From Candidatus Methanomethylicia archaeon (GTDB lineage Archaea > Thermoproteota > Methanomethylicia > Culexarchaeales > Culexarchaeaceae), in the NCBI GenBank assembly GCA_038727515.1, contig JAVYVS010000001.1, positions 1 to 64,000 on the forward strand: a stretch of DNA of 64,000 nt, written 5' to 3'. Of this stretch, positions 60,845-64,000 are shown in pieces. Every line of letters begins with the position of its first letter. The first letter of the stretch is position 1. Under the pieces are notes generated by a model. The model had not been told where the DNA came from, searched no databases, and was given only the letters and a program-made list of their open reading frames with translations. The position numbers and the translations under genes were made by a program.

Positions 60845-61711
60845 CTATTTCACTCCATCCACTATTTTATATTGTCCTAATCCAGCGGTTCTCATAATTC
60901 CAGTTCCACTGTATTCTCCCATTTTTATTAATGCTGCAATATTCCTTCCAATACTGTTGATAATTTCTTCTTCTATTTCAAAGGTTACTTCACCTATAAA
61001 TCCCTGTTGATTCTTCCTACTTCCTTCACTAGCCCATACAGTTCTTATCCCATCCCTATACTCATATATACGTATTTGATCATTATCTATGGCATTTTCT
61101 ATTTCACTTCTATTCGGCATTTCACAACTTCTAGTCCATATTCTCAATAGATTTCTCATCATTGAAGTTGGGTTTGGTATTGGTTGATATGCAGCCTTCT
61201 TCTTTCTCCTAACTTCATAAACACTTTCCTTACCTCTACCTTTAACTCTCTTTGGATATATTATTTCCCCCTTAAAACATGTTGGAGTTAAGAATCTTAA
61301 TGTGAATGTATTATTGATTTCACTATTTAAAAGCTGTTTATAATCTATAGATTTAACTTCTATTCCATCTAAATGGAAAATTATATTGTCCAAATCTATC
61401 CTGTTATTATTAAATATATTTTGAATTATTGATGTTAAATTTATAATTTCATTATCCAATATGTTTATTTTAAAGTTGTAGTATCCTGGATCACCACCAT
61501 AATATACTGGTTTTTCATCCATCATTAATGTGGATACGCTATATGGTTTTATTGTTGATTCATTATGAAGTTTTTCTGCCATTTTAGAATCAATATCTTT
61601 AAAGGTTTTGAAGAAGAAGTTTTGTATTGTAAATCCACTATATCTTTGAAATTTAAATTTCTCATTTATCTCTATATTGAATTTTAATGAAATTATTGAT
61701 TTATCAGACAT
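60845..61711 (-). CDS. cas6: CRISPR-associated endoribonuclease Cas6
   Basis: LH...KPYSVS, FLTPTCF, GFIG and the C-terminal G-rich loop GEYSGTGIMRTAGLGQY; 1.4 kb from array 2. Confidence 0.93.
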   Translation of the reverse strand: MSDKSIISLKFNIEINEKFKFQRYSGFTIQNFFFKTFKDIDSKMAEKLHNESTIKPYSVSTLMMDEKPVYYGGDPGYYNFKINILDNEIINLTSIIQNIFNNNRIDLDNIIFHLDGIEVKSIDYKQLLNSEINNTFTLRFLTPTCFKGEIIYPKRVKGRGKESVYEVRRKKKAAYQPIPNPTSMMRNLLRIWTRSCEMPNRSEIENAIDNDQIRIYEYRDGIRTVWASEGSRKNQQGFIGEVTFEIEEEIINSIGRNIAALIKMGEYSGTGIMRTAGLGQYKIVDGVK

Positions 61712-61833
61712 AACTTCAAAATTATATATGAAGTTTCAATTTAAATCTTTTATTTGAAATTCTTCGTCATATTAACAATTGAATCTAGATATCCATGTGA
61801 AAATCGTAAAATACTCTTAAATAAAACTATTTA

Positions 61834-62883
61834 TTGATGAATATGAGTTTAAATCTCATTTATGATGAAATACATAAATTACATGCAGACCCTTATGGTA
61901 GACATCCTGAAAATCCATGGAGATTTGAAAATACAATACAAGCTTTAAAAAATTCAAGGATTTGGGGAAAAGTAAAATTGTATGGTACTCCTGAAGGTGA
62001 AAAGGAAATTCTAAGAACAATACATTCTAAAAGTTATATTTCATATATTGAAAATGAATGTAAAAGAGGATTCCACTATATAGATACAGATACATATGTT
62101 ACTGAACATACATTTAATGTTGCTACGAGATTTATAACTGCAACTTATAATGCAACTTTAAAATCCATTGAGAATGGTGAACCATGGATTATAATGCCTA
62201 GACCTGCAGGTCATCATGCAGGTATAAATGGAGCTGCACTTGGAGCTCCCACACTTGGATTCTGCATATTCAATTATGCAGCGGCAGCAGCTAAAGCCCT
62301 ATTAGAGAGGAATATGAAAGTTTTAATAATTGATTTTGATGTACACCATGGAAATGGAACTCAAGAAATACTTTGGAGAGAGCCTAAAGCTGTACATATA
62401 GATATACATCAATGGGGTATATACCCTGGAACTGGAGATGTAAATGATATTGGTGGAAGTGGAGCTGAAGGAACAAAAATAAATATACCATTACCTTCAG
62501 GCTCAGGAGATCAAGAATATCTATGGATAACGGAAAACGTAATACAACCATTAATTGAAACCTTCAAACCAGATGCAATAATAGTATCAGCTGGGTTCGA
62601 CGCATATATCGGGGATCCATTGGCAACATTAAATGTAACTGAAGAAACCTATATAGCAATAGCACAAAAAATTGTCAACGCAATAGAAAATAAAATGACA
62701 AAAACAGTGGTAACAATAGTGGAAGGAGGATATGGAGAAGGACTGAAAATTGGTTTAACAACATACTTAGAAACAATAATAAAAACAAGAAGATATAGTG
62801 AAATATTAAAACCAAAACAACCTCCAACATACATTACACAAAAACTACAACAAATACTAAAAGATTATTGGAACATCAACTAA
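61834..62883 (+). CDS. Histone deacetylase (Zn-dependent, AcuC/APAH) family protein
   Basis: HPE, RPAGHHA, GFCIFN, DFDVHHGNGTQ, SAGFD and EGGY. Confidence 0.96.
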   Translation: MMNMSLNLIYDEIHKLHADPYGRHPENPWRFENTIQALKNSRIWGKVKLYGTPEGEKEILRTIHSKSYISYIENECKRGFHYIDTDTYVTEHTFNVATRFITATYNATLKSIENGEPWIIMPRPAGHHAGINGAALGAPTLGFCIFNYAAAAAKALLERNMKVLIIDFDVHHGNGTQEILWREPKAVHIDIHQWGIYPGTGDVNDIGGSGAEGTKINIPLPSGSGDQEYLWITENVIQPLIETFKPDAIIVSAGFDAYIGDPLATLNVTEETYIAIAQKIVNAIENKMTKTVVTIVEGGYGEGLKIGLTTYLETIIKTRRYSEILKPKQPPTYITQKLQQILKDYWNIN

Positions 62884-63107
62884 GATAAAAAAAAACAAAG
62901 AACACCTATCATTATAGAATTTATTAACAAAAGAATTAAATATCAAATACAATTTATTTGAAAATTCCTTTATAAACTATTGAATAACCCTAATATCTTC
63001 TAAACCCACTAAAAGTCTACCATAAATTTCCAAACATTCCTAACAAATTCATTTTCACATAACCTAGAATTTAAAATTTTAGACTCAGCCACCATGATTT
63101 CAAAAAT

Positions 63108-64000
63108 CCTTCAATTCCCTTATTGGATTTACTCCAACATCATTTCACAGTTTAATTGTGGCTTCAAATACCTTTCAATTCCCTTTGTTGGGTTCTTGCC
63201 TGAGTACGTTAAAGAAGAAGCTAAAAGGGTTCTAAGCTTTCAATTCCCTTTGTTGGGTTCCATTTAATTTTACACCCCGAATGTCGAGATGATAACTTCT
63301 TTCAATTCCCTTTGTTGGGTTCTGTTGAATGAGACCTGCAGGTTTAAGCTTGAACCTGAAAACTTTCAATTCCCTTTGTTGGGTTCCTACCCAAACTTGC
63401 ATATTGCAAGTTTGCTACACCACTATCCTTTCAATTCCCTTTGTTGGGTTCAGTTTTGCTACCCGTTGTAGGGGTTCTTGCAATTGCAACTTTCAATTCC
63501 CTTTGTTGGGTTCCATGCACCCGATTGCAAAGCTTGGAACATGGTATTTAATTGTAAACTTTCAATTCCCTTTGTTGGGTTCATTTTACCCTCCTACATT
63601 ACACTACTTTAAAAAAAGATGGCTTTCAATTCCCTTTGTTGGGTTCTGATTTAGACGCCGTCCTAGCCAGGTCCCCATGCATCTATCTTTCAATTCCCTT
63701 TGTTGGGTTCTGGAATGGTCGAGGGGAAGCTCGGATTCAGGCCTATTGAGCTTTCAATTCCCTTTGTTGGGTTCCATCAACAGTTAATGCCGTAGATGAA
63801 GTTACAGTTCTTCTCTTTCAATTCCCTTTGTTGGGTTCAGTATGAGGCCGAGCGAAGGCTAATTGGTGAGCTGAACACTTTCAATTCCCTTTGTTGGGTT
63901 CTGAATCATCAATCATCATAGCTAAATTTGGGATTAAATCCCTTTCAATTCCCTTTGTTGGGTTCCGGTTAAAGTTTATTCCACCACCAATTGAAAAACT
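63108..64000 (-). CRISPR. CRISPR array 2 (truncated by window end): degenerate trailer repeat plus 13 perfect repeats identical to array 1
   Basis: Degenerate CCTTCAATTCCCTTATTGGATTT at 63108-63130; perfect repeats from 63172 to 63942-63965; spacers 38-45 nt. Confidence 0.99.

Noticed and set aside
63452-63558. Shared TTGCA/TTTGCTAC words among three consecutive array-2 spacers, and a VLLPVVGVLAIA reading resembling a viral capsid helix
   Set aside because: Explained by common Leu/Ala/Ile codons; too short to assign
1-64000. tRNA, rRNA, integrase or transposase
   Set aside because: No GC-rich structured RNA island, cloverleaf, terminal inverted repeats or recombinase motifs were seen

Overview
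AT-rich (roughly 30% GC by eye) archaeal chromosomal segment. The gene set (nurA-herA-mre11-rad50, taw1/TYW1, rtcA, NOG1, GMP synthase B subunit, BRE/TATA promoters, GGTGA Shine-Dalgarno sites) and a 24-nt CRISPR repeat ending in ATTGAAAG suggest a thermophilic TACK/Thermoproteota archaeon (inference). Two CRISPR arrays with the same repeat and orientation bracket the window: 76-2581 (40 repeats, leader on its right) and 63108-64000 (one degenerate plus 13 perfect repeats, truncated by the window end). The only cas gene present is cas6. Between the arrays lie about 55 mostly housekeeping, transport, redox and DNA-repair genes, a HEPN-MNT pair and a frameshifted phosphoribosyltransferase. Best candidates for novelty: (1) a four-gene operon with a dedicated SipW-like signal peptidase and two secreted paralogs sharing an N-terminal strand motif, probably an archaeal bundling-pilus/TasA-like fibre with a lectin-like accessory subunit; (2) an orphan, membrane-only A/V-ATPase subunit I paralog; (3) a 56-aa basic winged-helix gene missed by the ORF track; (4) clear tandem operator-like palindromes before a divergent DtxR regulator and an archaeal ATPase-wHTH gene, plus repeats in the CRISPR leader. 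No rRNA, tRNA or transposase was recognised. All functional calls come from motif recognition by eye, not database searches.
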